64,000 nucleotides of DNA from Bacteroidales bacterium (GCA_017633255.1 JAGBPS010000022.1:2963-66962), one strand, 5' to 3'; shown: positions 16,826 through 25,847, numbered from the stretch's first letter. A program made the numbers and translations. The notes: generated by a model not told the origin, from the sequence alone.

Positions 16826-18484
16826 ATGGAATTTATTTCGAATTTATGGCACAACGACCCCATGAAGCTCATCTTGATTGCGGTGTTGGTTGTCGTCATC
16901 CCGTTTCTGATTTTCTACATTGTCAAGGCTAAGAAAGAACATCCCAAAGGCCTTATCGCAGCTGCATTGAGCAACATGGGCGAGCGTTTCGGTTACTACA
17001 TCATGAATGCGGTGCTGTTGCTGTTCATCTGCTCCAAGTTCGGTATCAGTGACTCTGCTGCCGGTTGGATTTACGCTGTGTTCTATTTCTTGATTTATGT
17101 GTTGAGCTTGCCGGGCGGTGTTATCGCCGACAGAAGCCAGAACTACAAGGGCACTATCATCTCTGGTCTTTGTGTGATGGCCTTGGGTTATGGTTTGCTC
17201 TCCATTCCTGTTTTCGCCGAAGCAGGTGGTTTCTCATGGGTATTGGTATTCACTTGTGTTGCCCTGCTCCTCATTGCCTTTGGTAATGGTTTGTTCAAAG
17301 GAAACTTGCAGGCTATTGTGGGTCAGATGTATGACAATTTCGAAGCTGAAGCTGCCAAGAATGGTCCCGAAGCACTGGCCGAAGCCAAATCAAAACGCGA
17401 CAGCGGTTTCCAGATTTTCTATGTGTTCATCAATATTGGCGGTGTAATCGCTCCTTTTATCGCTCCTTTGCTCCGTAGTTGGTGGTTAAAAGCCCAGGGA
17501 TTAGCTTATCAGGCTGACCTTCCTCGTCTTTGCCACAGATTCCTTGAGAATACCATGGAGGGCAACGATATGAATAACATTACTGAACTTGCTGCACAAG
17601 TGGGTCATACGGGTGCTGTTGATAGTGCTTTCTGTACCAACTATCTGCAGGTGTTCAATACGGGTGTTCATTTCTCCTTTATCGCCTCAGTGGCCGCCAT
17701 GCTGATTTCTCTGATTATTTTCTTGGCTGTCAAGAAGAAATTTCCCAACCCTGCTAAGAAAGAAAAGAAAGAAGTTGAACAATACACTCAGGAAGAACTC
17801 CAAGCCAATGCAAAAGAAATCAAACAGAGAATGTATGCTCTGTTCGCAGTGCTGGGTGTTGCCGTGTTCTTCTGGTTCTCCTTCCACCAGAACGGTCAGT
17901 CTCTGTCCATCTTCGCCCGCGACTTTGTCAACACCTCATCACTTCCTGCTGAGATTTGGCAGTTCATCAACCCGGGCTTTGTTATTATCCTGACTCCTAT
18001 CATCATGTGGCTGTTTGCTGCTCTTGCCCGTAGCGGCAAAGAGGTTTCCACTCCGAGAAAAATCGCCATTGGTATGTTCATTGCCGCTTGCGCTTATATT
18101 TTCCTGATGATTATCGCTATTCTCAACAATTATCCGTCAGGCAACGAATTCAAAGGATTGGAAGAGGCTGTTAAGGTCACCATGCGTACAAGTCCTGTGG
18201 TACTCATCCTCACTTATTTCTTCCTCACAGTTGCCGAATTGTTCATCTCTCCGCTGGGATTGTCATTTGTGTCGAAAGTAGCCCCGAAGCATCTGCAAGG
18301 TATTTGCCAGGGTTTGTGGCTTTCCGCTACAGCTATTGGTAACCTCTTTATCGCATTGGGTGTTACCATGCTCAACAATTTCCCGCATCAATGGATGTGC
18401 TGGGCTGTATTCGCTGCATTCTGCCTCATCTCCATGGGTGTGATGCTCGGTATGGTGAAATGGCTGGAAAGAGTGGCTAAGTAA
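16826..18484 (+). CDS. Proton-dependent oligopeptide transporter (POT/PTR2 family, MFS)
   Basis: 552 aa, about 14 TM helices. Contains GERFGYYIMNAVLLLF and FGNGLFKGNLQAIVGQMY (PTR2 signatures). Confidence 0.88.
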   Translation: MEFISNLWHNDPMKLILIAVLVVVIPFLIFYIVKAKKEHPKGLIAAALSNMGERFGYYIMNAVLLLFICSKFGISDSAAGWIYAVFYFLIYVLSLPGGVIADRSQNYKGTIISGLCVMALGYGLLSIPVFAEAGGFSWVLVFTCVALLLIAFGNGLFKGNLQAIVGQMYDNFEAEAAKNGPEALAEAKSKRDSGFQIFYVFINIGGVIAPFIAPLLRSWWLKAQGLAYQADLPRLCHRFLENTMEGNDMNNITELAAQVGHTGAVDSAFCTNYLQVFNTGVHFSFIASVAAMLISLIIFLAVKKKFPNPAKKEKKEVEQYTQEELQANAKEIKQRMYALFAVLGVAVFFWFSFHQNGQSLSIFARDFVNTSSLPAEIWQFINPGFVIILTPIIMWLFAALARSGKEVSTPRKIAIGMFIAACAYIFLMIIAILNNYPSGNEFKGLEEAVKVTMRTSPVVLILTYFFLTVAELFISPLGLSFVSKVAPKHLQGICQGLWLSATAIGNLFIALGVTMLNNFPHQWMCWAVFAAFCLISMGVMLGMVKWLERVAK

Positions 18485-18512
18485 TCTCACTTATTTTGCT
18501 ATATCACTTTAA

Positions 18513-18540
18513 GAAGGCTGCCGTAAGGTGGCCTTCTTTT
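18513..18540 (+). terminator. Intrinsic terminator of the POT transporter gene
   Basis: GAAGGCTGCC-gtaa-GGTGGCCTTC (10-bp stem including 2 G-U pairs, GTAA loop) followed by TTTT. Confidence 0.7.
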
Positions 18541-18823
18541 TTGTGTGGTATCCTTAAATAAGCAATGAGGACATTAAAGCGAACATATAAAGGGACAAAT
18601 TAGCCTTTTCGACAGCGAGGAGACTAGGGGAAAGCTTAACGCAATGGGTAAATCTTTGGGGAAACCTTCAAAAGTTGTTGACCTTGAGTTGTTCAGAGAA
18701 GAGTTGGAAGCACTCTTTTATAAAGATGAATTTTTATATACTACATTGATTAACAATAAATTACCCCCCCCATTTTTAAAAATAAAAAATTTCAATAAAC
18801 ACTTGAAAAATAAAAAAAATATG

Positions 18824-18831
18824 TAACTTTG
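18824..18831 (+). promoter_or_regulatory. -7 box TAACTTTG (LRR protein gene)
   Basis: Matches TAnnTTTG, 110 nt upstream of ATG 18942. Confidence 0.45.
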
Positions 18832-18941
18832 CCCTGTCGTATTTTCAGATTTTGTTTGATGAAGTTCGCAAGGTTTGAAAGTATAACATGAAAAAAAATA
18901 GAAGGCCACCAATGTGTAACTTAATGATTAACGTGTAGCTT

Positions 18942-21900
18942 ATGAAACATCTTTTATGGTCGGTTTTAACCGTTGCTTTATTATGCATAACACTAAATTG
19001 TAAATCACAGAATTATGATTTCTCGGCTATAGCCCCAACTGGGCAAACGCTTTATTACAATATTGTGAATGGAGAAGCTCAATTAACGTACCCATCTGTG
19101 TCTAATGGTTATAATAATAGTTTACCAGGGCAGTTGATTATTCCGGATTCGGTGAGTTATCAAGGGAATATATACCCTGTTACTTCTATGGTGAATTCTG
19201 TATTTTATAATTGTAGCGCATTAACCAGTTTAATTATTCCTAATACAGTAAGATCAATAGGAACCGGAGCTTTTTCTATGTGTATGGGATTAACCAGCAT
19301 TACCCTTCCGGATTCTCTTAACTCGATTTCGGCCAATATGTTCAGCAACTGTTCATCTATAGAAAGCATCTTGATTCCGAATACTGTAACTTCAATTGGA
19401 GCCTGTGCTTTTAGTCAATGTTCGGCTCTGACCCACATTACCATTCCAAATTCCGTTACCTCAATTGGTGCAATCGCTTTTTCTGATTGTAGTTCCATGG
19501 CCAGTATCACACTCCCGGATTCCATTACTGCAATACAATATAACACCTTTTATGAATGCAGATCTCTTTCTCGCATTGTTATTCCCAATTCTGTTACTTC
19601 AATAGGAGAAACTGCTTTTCAAAGATGTATCTCACTGGACAGTGTTATTATTCCCAATTCCATTACAACAATTGAAGCAGGTGCTTTTAGTAGTTGCCTA
19701 TCTCTAACGAGCGTTGTTTTGCCTGATTCCGTCATTTCAATTAATAATTCTGCATTTTATAACTGTACTTCTCTTACTGGTATCACGTTTCCGGCAACTC
19801 TTACATCCATTGGGAATAGTGCTTTTTACAATTGTTCATCTTTGGCAAATGTTATTTTTCCGGATTCTCTGACATTCATTGGAGATAATGCTTTTTACAA
19901 CTGTCCGTTTAGCAGTATCACAATTCCCAATTCCGTGGAATCAATGGGTATAAACCCTTTTGCGGGATGCTCAAGTGTTAGTCAGATTGTTGTCTCATCT
20001 GGAAATACTGCGTTTGATAGTAGAAATGACTGCAATGCAATTGTTGGGACAGCAAATAACGTATTGATATCAGGCTGCATGAATACAATCATTCCCAATT
20101 CTGTTACCTCAATAGGAAATGAAGCCTTTAACGGATGTTCATCGCTCATCAGTATCAATATCCCAAACTCAGTTATTTCAATAGGTTCGGGTGCTTTCAA
20201 TCGTTGCACATCATTATCCAGTATTAATATCCCAAATACTATTACAACTATTCAAGCCAGTACTTTTGCATATTGTGTGTCACTAACCAATTTTATTATC
20301 CCCAATAGTGTTGCAACAATTAACGCTTATGCTTTTCGGAATAGTTCAATCGAAAAACTTTATATTCCAAATTCCATCACTTTTGTTAACCCGAATGCTT
20401 TTAAAGATACTCAAATCGATATCCTGAACATTGCTTTTGACACACCGTTTTACTTGACAGGTAGTAATGGTTCATTACGAAATGCGAATAAGATTAATGT
20501 TCCTTGTGGGGCGATAGTTAATTATCAAAACACATGGGGTGCTGGCAATTATTACGAATCAGTTCCAGGTTTGCAATTGATTCTTTCTGTATCAATGGTA
20601 AATGGAGGAACCACAACCATCATTCCGCAAGACAGTAGTTTGGTGAGTTGTTCTGATTCCACGGCTGTAATACAGGCCATACCCAACTACGGTTATCACT
20701 TTGTACAATGGGATAATGGCAACTATGCCAATCCTGACACATTGCACCTTTTGGGTGATAGCTCTGTGGTGGCTATTTTGGCTAGAAACCAATATTCGTT
20801 GGACCTTTTCAGCAATAACGATTCTATAGGAAGTGTAAGTGGGAGTGGCGTTTACGAATACCTTGATACGGTGACGGTCAATGCTACAACTATAGCTCCT
20901 AATCACCATTTCGTACAATGGAGTGACGGGGTGACAGACACTATACGTGTTATAACGATAACTCAAGATATGTCGCTGACAGCATTCTTTGCAATAGATA
21001 CATATTTAGTGGTTCTTTTGGTCAACGACAGTTTATATGGCAGAGCAGATGGGGCGGGAGCATATCCTTATCGTGGTTTTGCAACTTTAACGGCTACTCC
21101 AGAAGATGGTTATTATTTTGTTGGTTGGAATAATAGCGATGAGAGTAATCCAAATATTTTTACTGTCATGAAAGATACGCTACTGACAGCCATTTTTACT
21201 CCAATAGTAGTTCCTTCTCTTTGCATGGTTAGTGTGGAAAACGAACACAATGTTCTGCTGTGGGAGAAAGATCAGCCAGTATCAAGTTACAATATTTATC
21301 GTGAGGAAATCGCTTCCAACTCGTATGAATTGCAGGCTATCATTCCGTATGATTCTTTATCTACTTGGACCGATGTCTCATCATCTCCGCGTGAAAACAG
21401 TTATAGGTATCGGATAAGTGCCACAGATGTGTATGGCCATGAGGATGATATGAGTGATGTTCATAGTACAATGCATTTGACTATTAACCAAGAGACTGAT
21501 GGACAATGGAATCTTTCATGGACAGAATATGAAGGAACGGATTATTCCAATTGTATCATTTATCGTGGAACTGATGCCTCAAACTTACAGCAGATTGATG
21601 AGATTCCATTTGGTACAACTACTTATACGGACATGACTGCCCCAGAAGGCGATGTGTATTATCAAGTGGGTATATTGTTGTCCACTCCTTGCAATCCGAC
21701 AAAAAACAATCACATTGCACTGTCAAATTTGGCAACCAATAGTACAGTGAGCATTTATGAGAATGATGTTGACGATATAAAAGTGTTTACTCATCGTGGC
21801 AAGCTTATAGTCAACAATGTATCTGATATAAAGGATGTGCAATTATATGACATCACTGGCAAGTTGCTGCAAACAATTGATGTGAATGGGAACAACGTTG

Positions 21901-21989
21901 TAATTAACATATCAAACTTTGCGTCTGGCATATACATTGTTCGTGTCAATGCTGAGAATGGTTCGGTTACCCGCAAGGTGTCGAAGTAA
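18942..21989 (+). CDS. BspA-type leucine-rich-repeat surface protein with Listeria-Bacteroides repeat domains, an FN3-like region and a T9SS C-terminal sorting domain
   Basis: 1015 aa with a signal peptide. About 17 repeats of IPNSVTSIGxxAFxxCxSLTSIxIP. Contains GYHFVQWDNG/HHFVQWSDG/GYYFVGWNN repeats. The C-terminal ..GIYIVRVNAENGSVTRKVSK is CTD-like. The gene is AT-rich relative to its flanks. Confidence 0.85.
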   Translation: MKHLLWSVLTVALLCITLNCKSQNYDFSAIAPTGQTLYYNIVNGEAQLTYPSVSNGYNNSLPGQLIIPDSVSYQGNIYPVTSMVNSVFYNCSALTSLIIPNTVRSIGTGAFSMCMGLTSITLPDSLNSISANMFSNCSSIESILIPNTVTSIGACAFSQCSALTHITIPNSVTSIGAIAFSDCSSMASITLPDSITAIQYNTFYECRSLSRIVIPNSVTSIGETAFQRCISLDSVIIPNSITTIEAGAFSSCLSLTSVVLPDSVISINNSAFYNCTSLTGITFPATLTSIGNSAFYNCSSLANVIFPDSLTFIGDNAFYNCPFSSITIPNSVESMGINPFAGCSSVSQIVVSSGNTAFDSRNDCNAIVGTANNVLISGCMNTIIPNSVTSIGNEAFNGCSSLISINIPNSVISIGSGAFNRCTSLSSINIPNTITTIQASTFAYCVSLTNFIIPNSVATINAYAFRNSSIEKLYIPNSITFVNPNAFKDTQIDILNIAFDTPFYLTGSNGSLRNANKINVPCGAIVNYQNTWGAGNYYESVPGLQLILSVSMVNGGTTTIIPQDSSLVSCSDSTAVIQAIPNYGYHFVQWDNGNYANPDTLHLLGDSSVVAILARNQYSLDLFSNNDSIGSVSGSGVYEYLDTVTVNATTIAPNHHFVQWSDGVTDTIRVITITQDMSLTAFFAIDTYLVVLLVNDSLYGRADGAGAYPYRGFATLTATPEDGYYFVGWNNSDESNPNIFTVMKDTLLTAIFTPIVVPSLCMVSVENEHNVLLWEKDQPVSSYNIYREEIASNSYELQAIIPYDSLSTWTDVSSSPRENSYRYRISATDVYGHEDDMSDVHSTMHLTINQETDGQWNLSWTEYEGTDYSNCIIYRGTDASNLQQIDEIPFGTTTYTDMTAPEGDVYYQVGILLSTPCNPTKNNHIALSNLATNSTVSIYENDVDDIKVFTHRGKLIVNNVSDIKDVQLYDITGKLLQTIDVNGNNVVINISNFASGIYIVRVNAENGSVTRKVSK

Positions 21990-22060
21990 TCACCTTACGT
22001 TCATTCTACCGAAAAGAGAAGAAGATAAAAACTGTCAACCGTATGCTGCTATATTTTGAT

Positions 22061-22300
22061 TTATGGAACGAAATGCGTATTATCGGGTCGGCAGAGTGCA
22101 AGAATAGCGATGAGGGCAATAGGCGGCATTATCAATAGTGAGATAATCGTCCAAACAAAGAAGGAATGATTGCGACGGCGGGCAATATACCCATTCAGGA
22201 CAGCCCATCCGACGTAAAGGAAGGAAGCGGAAATAATAATAAGAATAAGAAGAGTTGTTGCCATATTGGTAATGGAATAATAAAATTTCCTGTAAATCAA
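22061..22300 (-). CDS. Small two-TM membrane protein, unknown function
   Basis: 79 aa. Begins 11 nt after the bcp stop on the same strand. Only hydrophobicity and position support it. Confidence 0.35.
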   Translation of the reverse strand: MIYRKFYYSITNMATTLLILIIISASFLYVGWAVLNGYIARRRNHSFFVWTIISLLIMPPIALIAILALCRPDNTHFVP

Positions 22301-22311
22301 TCTATTGTACT

Positions 22312-22758
22312 CTAATTCAGCAACTGTGCGGTGTGGTTTTTGGTATCGACTTTTCCAATGGCGTCAATAATTACGCCCTGCTCGTCGATGACGTATGTGG
22401 TGCGAAGGGTGCCCTCGGTCACCTTACCGTACATTTTCTTCTCGCCCCATGCCTCGTAGGCTTTCAGAATGGTGAGGTCGGTATCGGCGATGAGGTGGAA
22501 GGGCAGTTCATATTTGGCGATGAACTTCTGATGTGAGGCGGCAGAGTCGCGGCTCACCCCCAACACCTCATAGCCCATCGACAGAAAACGCTGGTAGTTG
22601 TCACGCAGGTCGCAAGCCTCGGCGGTGCATCCTGGCGTACTGTCCTTGGGGTAGAAGTAAAGCACAAGTTTCTTGCCTTGAAAATCCTTTAGGGAAACAT
22701 TGTTTCCGTTTTCGTCCTTGCCCTCGAAATACGGGGCTTTTGTTCCGATTTGCAGCAT
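22312..22758 (-). CDS. bcp: Thioredoxin-dependent peroxiredoxin Bcp
   Basis: 148 aa with YFYPKDSTPGCTAEAC. Confidence 0.9.
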   Translation of the reverse strand: MLQIGTKAPYFEGKDENGNNVSLKDFQGKKLVLYFYPKDSTPGCTAEACDLRDNYQRFLSMGYEVLGVSRDSAASHQKFIAKYELPFHLIADTDLTILKAYEAWGEKKMYGKVTEGTLRTTYVIDEQGVIIDAIGKVDTKNHTAQLLN

Positions 22759-22950
22759 AATGGTAATGTTTTTCTTTGGGAAGACAAAGATACTATTATT
22801 TCTGTTTTTCGGAAAGAATTTCCAGAAATTTTTCCTGTATGTGTCCTTGTATTATATTATTTTATATTTTTGCAAAAAGAAATTAAAATATAATATTGTA
22901 TAAAACCATGCAATCACAAATTGTGACCGCATGCTAAAAATCAATGACTT

Positions 22951-23559
22951 ATGGATAGTAATCTTGTACTTACTGGCAATTCAATCCAAAATATAATCTA
23001 CGACATCAGGGGTGTTAAAGTGATGCTGGACTATGACTTGGCAACAATGTATGAAGTAGAGGTGGCTCAATTAAAACGTCAGGTTCGTCGCAATTTAGAC
23101 CATTTCCCAAAAGATTTCATGTTTGAGCTGACAACTGAAGAACTTACCGCTTTAAGGTGCCAAAATGGCATCTTAAAGACAGGACGTGGTCAACATAGCA
23201 AATACTTGCCCTTTGCATTCACCGAGGAAGGAGTTGCCATGCTATCAGGACTACTTCGAAGCAAAATCGCCATACAAGTTAACATCAACATCATGCGAGC
23301 ATTTGTCGCCGTGAGACAAGCTGTTGCTGCTATGCAATCATCAGAACTACGTTATGAGCAACTCTCCCATAAGGTTGACCAACTGAACGCTTACGTTGAA
23401 GACATCCTCCATGATCAGAATGACATCAACGAGCATCAGGAACAATTTAACAATGAACTAGCCCTGCAAATCGAGATCATTAATGATGCATTGGACCAGT
23501 TGCGCGAGAAGAAAAACACACCAGGTAATCCAATTGGATTTAAATTACAAGGGAGATGA
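22951..23559 (+). CDS. ORF6N (KilA-N-related) DNA-binding domain protein with C-terminal coiled coil
   Basis: 202 aa. IRGVKVMLDYDLATMYEV..QLKRQVRRNLDHFPKDFMFELT..SKYLPFAFTEEGVAMLSGLLRS is the ORF6N signature. Confidence 0.8.
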   Translation: MDSNLVLTGNSIQNIIYDIRGVKVMLDYDLATMYEVEVAQLKRQVRRNLDHFPKDFMFELTTEELTALRCQNGILKTGRGQHSKYLPFAFTEEGVAMLSGLLRSKIAIQVNINIMRAFVAVRQAVAAMQSSELRYEQLSHKVDQLNAYVEDILHDQNDINEHQEQFNNELALQIEIINDALDQLREKKNTPGNPIGFKLQGR

Positions 23560-23607
23560 TGCCAAGAGATGGGATTTGTGCTTTTGTTTTTGTATTGGAA
23601 TATTTTG

Positions 23608-23615
23608 TACTTTTG
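23608..23615 (+). promoter_or_regulatory. -7 box TACTTTTG (orphan membrane protein)
   Basis: 21 nt upstream of ATG 23636. Part of a ~41-bp cassette shared with 24767-24810. Confidence 0.6.
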
Positions 23616-23635
23616 TAGGGTTGAAAATACTTATA

Positions 23636-24496
23636 ATGATGAATATTTCTATGGATAAACCGTTGGATTACAAATATTTTCTGCTTGGAATTATCCTTTA
23701 TTGGATGTTTGATGTCGCTTGGGCGTCATTTGCCCCCACTTTATTCTTCGCTTTGGATGCTGTGCTGCATCCGATAGCCGTGGTTGTGGGGAAATCCGTA
23801 GCGTACCTGCTGGTCTTCTACTTCCTGTTCCGAAAGCCGAGGATGTTCAATGTCAAATGGGGACATTTCGCAATCTTTGTGGGGGCGATTGTTCTGATAA
23901 ATTTCTTGACCTCTTTTATCTTTTATCGTTTCATTGACCTTAGCACTTTCTCAGCCAATCAGATGAAATGGGATATCCCCAACTACACGATGAAAAACGT
24001 ACGGATGTGGGTAAATCTGGTCACAACGCTTCTCACCGTCGGTTTCATTTGGTGGCGCTACGATTCGGATAACGCAGCCGCTGACCCTGAAATCTCTTCG
24101 AGCGAGTCACGAAGCTTTTACGCAGGGATGCTGTTCACCATCACCCTTGGGTACATCCTTTCCGTGGTTAATGTGCTCGGCAGCGAATATTGGAAATTTG
24201 CTCACTTTCCCATATTGGTTGAGGTGATTACCTGTCTGCTGATTGTGCTTATCACTATAGGAGCTGTCTTAATGCTGAATAAAAGACAAACGATGGTACT
24301 CTCCATCACAGCGATTATTATAATCATCACCATACACTTTTTCTTATCGCATTATTTACCGAACATCATGTCCAAGTGTCTCACGCCCAACGACGCCATA
24401 TACGGACAGGTGAATTATTTTGGCTATGTTTCGGCCTTTTGCGATATTGCGTTCAACTTGGATGTCTTTATCCTTTATCGTAGGGCAAACTCTTAA
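23636..24496 (+). CDS. Orphan polytopic membrane protein (about 7-8 TM)
   Basis: Track ORF 23483..24496 trimmed to ATG 23636 (MMNISMDK..), 21 nt after the -7 box TACTTTTG. No family recognised. Confidence 0.6.
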   Translation: MMNISMDKPLDYKYFLLGIILYWMFDVAWASFAPTLFFALDAVLHPIAVVVGKSVAYLLVFYFLFRKPRMFNVKWGHFAIFVGAIVLINFLTSFIFYRFIDLSTFSANQMKWDIPNYTMKNVRMWVNLVTTLLTVGFIWWRYDSDNAAADPEISSSESRSFYAGMLFTITLGYILSVVNVLGSEYWKFAHFPILVEVITCLLIVLITIGAVLMLNKRQTMVLSITAIIIIITIHFFLSHYLPNIMSKCLTPNDAIYGQVNYFGYVSAFCDIAFNLDVFILYRRANS

Positions 24497-24779
24497 AGCG
24501 CGGCTGCCGTGTGTTGAATCTGTTGAGGCTGCCGTGACACAACAGCCCTACAAGATGCTACCTGATGTGCCCCCATGTGATGTGCGAGTAGCGCCTTATA
24601 CAGACTTTCTATGGAAGAACCCGTCGGCATGGCTTTCGCACGCGGCATTAGTGCAAGTGTCAACCAGAATCATTCGCAAGTTACAAAAGTGACAACTAAA
24701 ATCAGCGAGACACATAGTTACCTATAGTTTGAACAATATTATATTGTAAAAGAAGGATGGCAGATATCAGAATATTTTG

Positions 24780-24787
24780 TAATTTTG
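24780..24787 (+). promoter_or_regulatory. -7 box TAATTTTG (MNT-HEPN operon)
   Basis: 21 nt upstream of ATG 24808. Confidence 0.6.
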
Positions 24788-24807
24788 CAGGATTGAAAAT
24801 TCTTGCT

Positions 24808-25122
24808 ATGAAAAATGTTTTGTCAGATATAAAACATCTTGCCTTGTCGGTTGTTCCAGAAGGAGGAGCAGCATGGCTGTATGGATCCCGGGCCCGTGGG
24901 ACAGCTCATCGTCACTCCGATTGGGATGTTTTACTCATTTTAAATAAGGATTTTCTTACTCAATCTGACTATGATACAGTAAGTTATCCTTTTGTATTAC
25001 TCGGTTGTGAATTGGGTGAGGAAATCAATCCCATTATGTACACGGAAAAAGAATGGAAGTCATATCGGGCAACCCCATTTTACGAGAATGTTCAACAAGA
25101 TGCCATAAATCTATTATCATGA
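24808..25122 (+). CDS. Minimal nucleotidyltransferase (MNT) antitoxin-type protein
   Basis: Track ORF 24757..25122 trimmed to ATG 24808, 21 nt after the -7 box TAATTTTG. Contains LYGSRARGTAHRHSDWDVLLIL (GS..RG..D.D NTase motif). Confidence 0.8.
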   Translation: MKNVLSDIKHLALSVVPEGGAAWLYGSRARGTAHRHSDWDVLLILNKDFLTQSDYDTVSYPFVLLGCELGEEINPIMYTEKEWKSYRATPFYENVQQDAINLLS

Positions 25123-25514
25123 TACAGGAAGAACGGCAGTTGTTAATTAATCGGCAAGTTGAAAAGGCACATCATTTTATCAATCAAGCTGATGAAATGA
25201 TGAGTTTAGGTCATACTGATTTAGCCGTCAACCGATATTATTATGCTTGCTTCCATATTGTGCAAGCATTGTTCTTACAAAAAGGAATCTCTGTTCGTAC
25301 ACATACTGGAATGTCATCACAATTTAGCCAACATTTTGTAAAAACGGGTATTGTTTCGATGGAAGATGGAAGCTTATTAGCCAGGTTATTCCAACTTCGG
25401 CAAAAAGCTGACTATAATTGTGCTTATGATATTTCTGATGAAGAAGCGAAAAGTTTAGAAGAACCGACGCATCGTTTTGTTGATAAGATAACAACCTTGA
25501 TAGAAAAAGGTTGA
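25119..25514 (+). CDS. HEPN domain protein (toxin partner of MNT)
   Basis: Track ORF 25053..25514 trimmed to ATG 25119, which overlaps the MNT stop (ATGA). Four-helix-type sequence with LRQKADYN. Confidence 0.75.
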   Translation: MIQEERQLLINRQVEKAHHFINQADEMMSLGHTDLAVNRYYYACFHIVQALFLQKGISVRTHTGMSSQFSQHFVKTGIVSMEDGSLLARLFQLRQKADYNCAYDISDEEAKSLEEPTHRFVDKITTLIEKG

Positions 25515-25611
25515 TCCATAATTAAATTTATAGTATTAACGAAAAATAATAACGAACAAAGAAAAAGACTAAAAACGAACCAAACACATATTAGATAGCG
25601 TTTGTGGCTAT

Positions 25612-25767
25612 CCTTGACTCTCAATTTCCACAACGTCCTCATTAAGAGGACAAAAACCAATCAAGGAAAGTTACCAATGCCGTAATGATACGGCGTGGAA
25701 TGACTTGTTAGATTGGTGGGCGTGGAAACCCGAGAGTCAAGCAAGGAATAAATTCCACGCTTTTTTT
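25612..25767 (+). ncRNA. Candidate structured leader/sRNA ending in a U7 terminator (unassigned family)
   Basis: Nested helices found by eye: 25613-25622/25732-25741 (10 bp perfect); 25625-25631/25722-25728; hairpins 25635-25651 and 25679-25694; 25674-25678/25712-25716. The competing stem is GCGTGGAA 25720-25727 / TTCCACGC 25753-25760, followed by T7. Confidence 0.3.
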
Positions 25768-25847
25768 ATGATAGAATAATAGGTGGAATCAAACAAAGAT
25801 AGAAACAAGTTTCGAGAAAAATCTTTTAATCATAAAAACCAATAGAA

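Noticed and set aside
18644-18826. 60-aa ORF containing the C8 tract
   Set aside because: It lies in a low-complexity AT-rich promoter region with no upstream -7 box, and it runs into the promoter of the LRR gene. I treat it as non-coding. The C8 tract is reported separately.
24420-24692. 90-aa ORF overlapping the end of the membrane-protein gene
   Set aside because: It overlaps gene 23636..24496 in another frame and has no promoter box or recognisable domain. The GC-richer 24497-24756 segment may be a gene remnant, but I cannot support a call.
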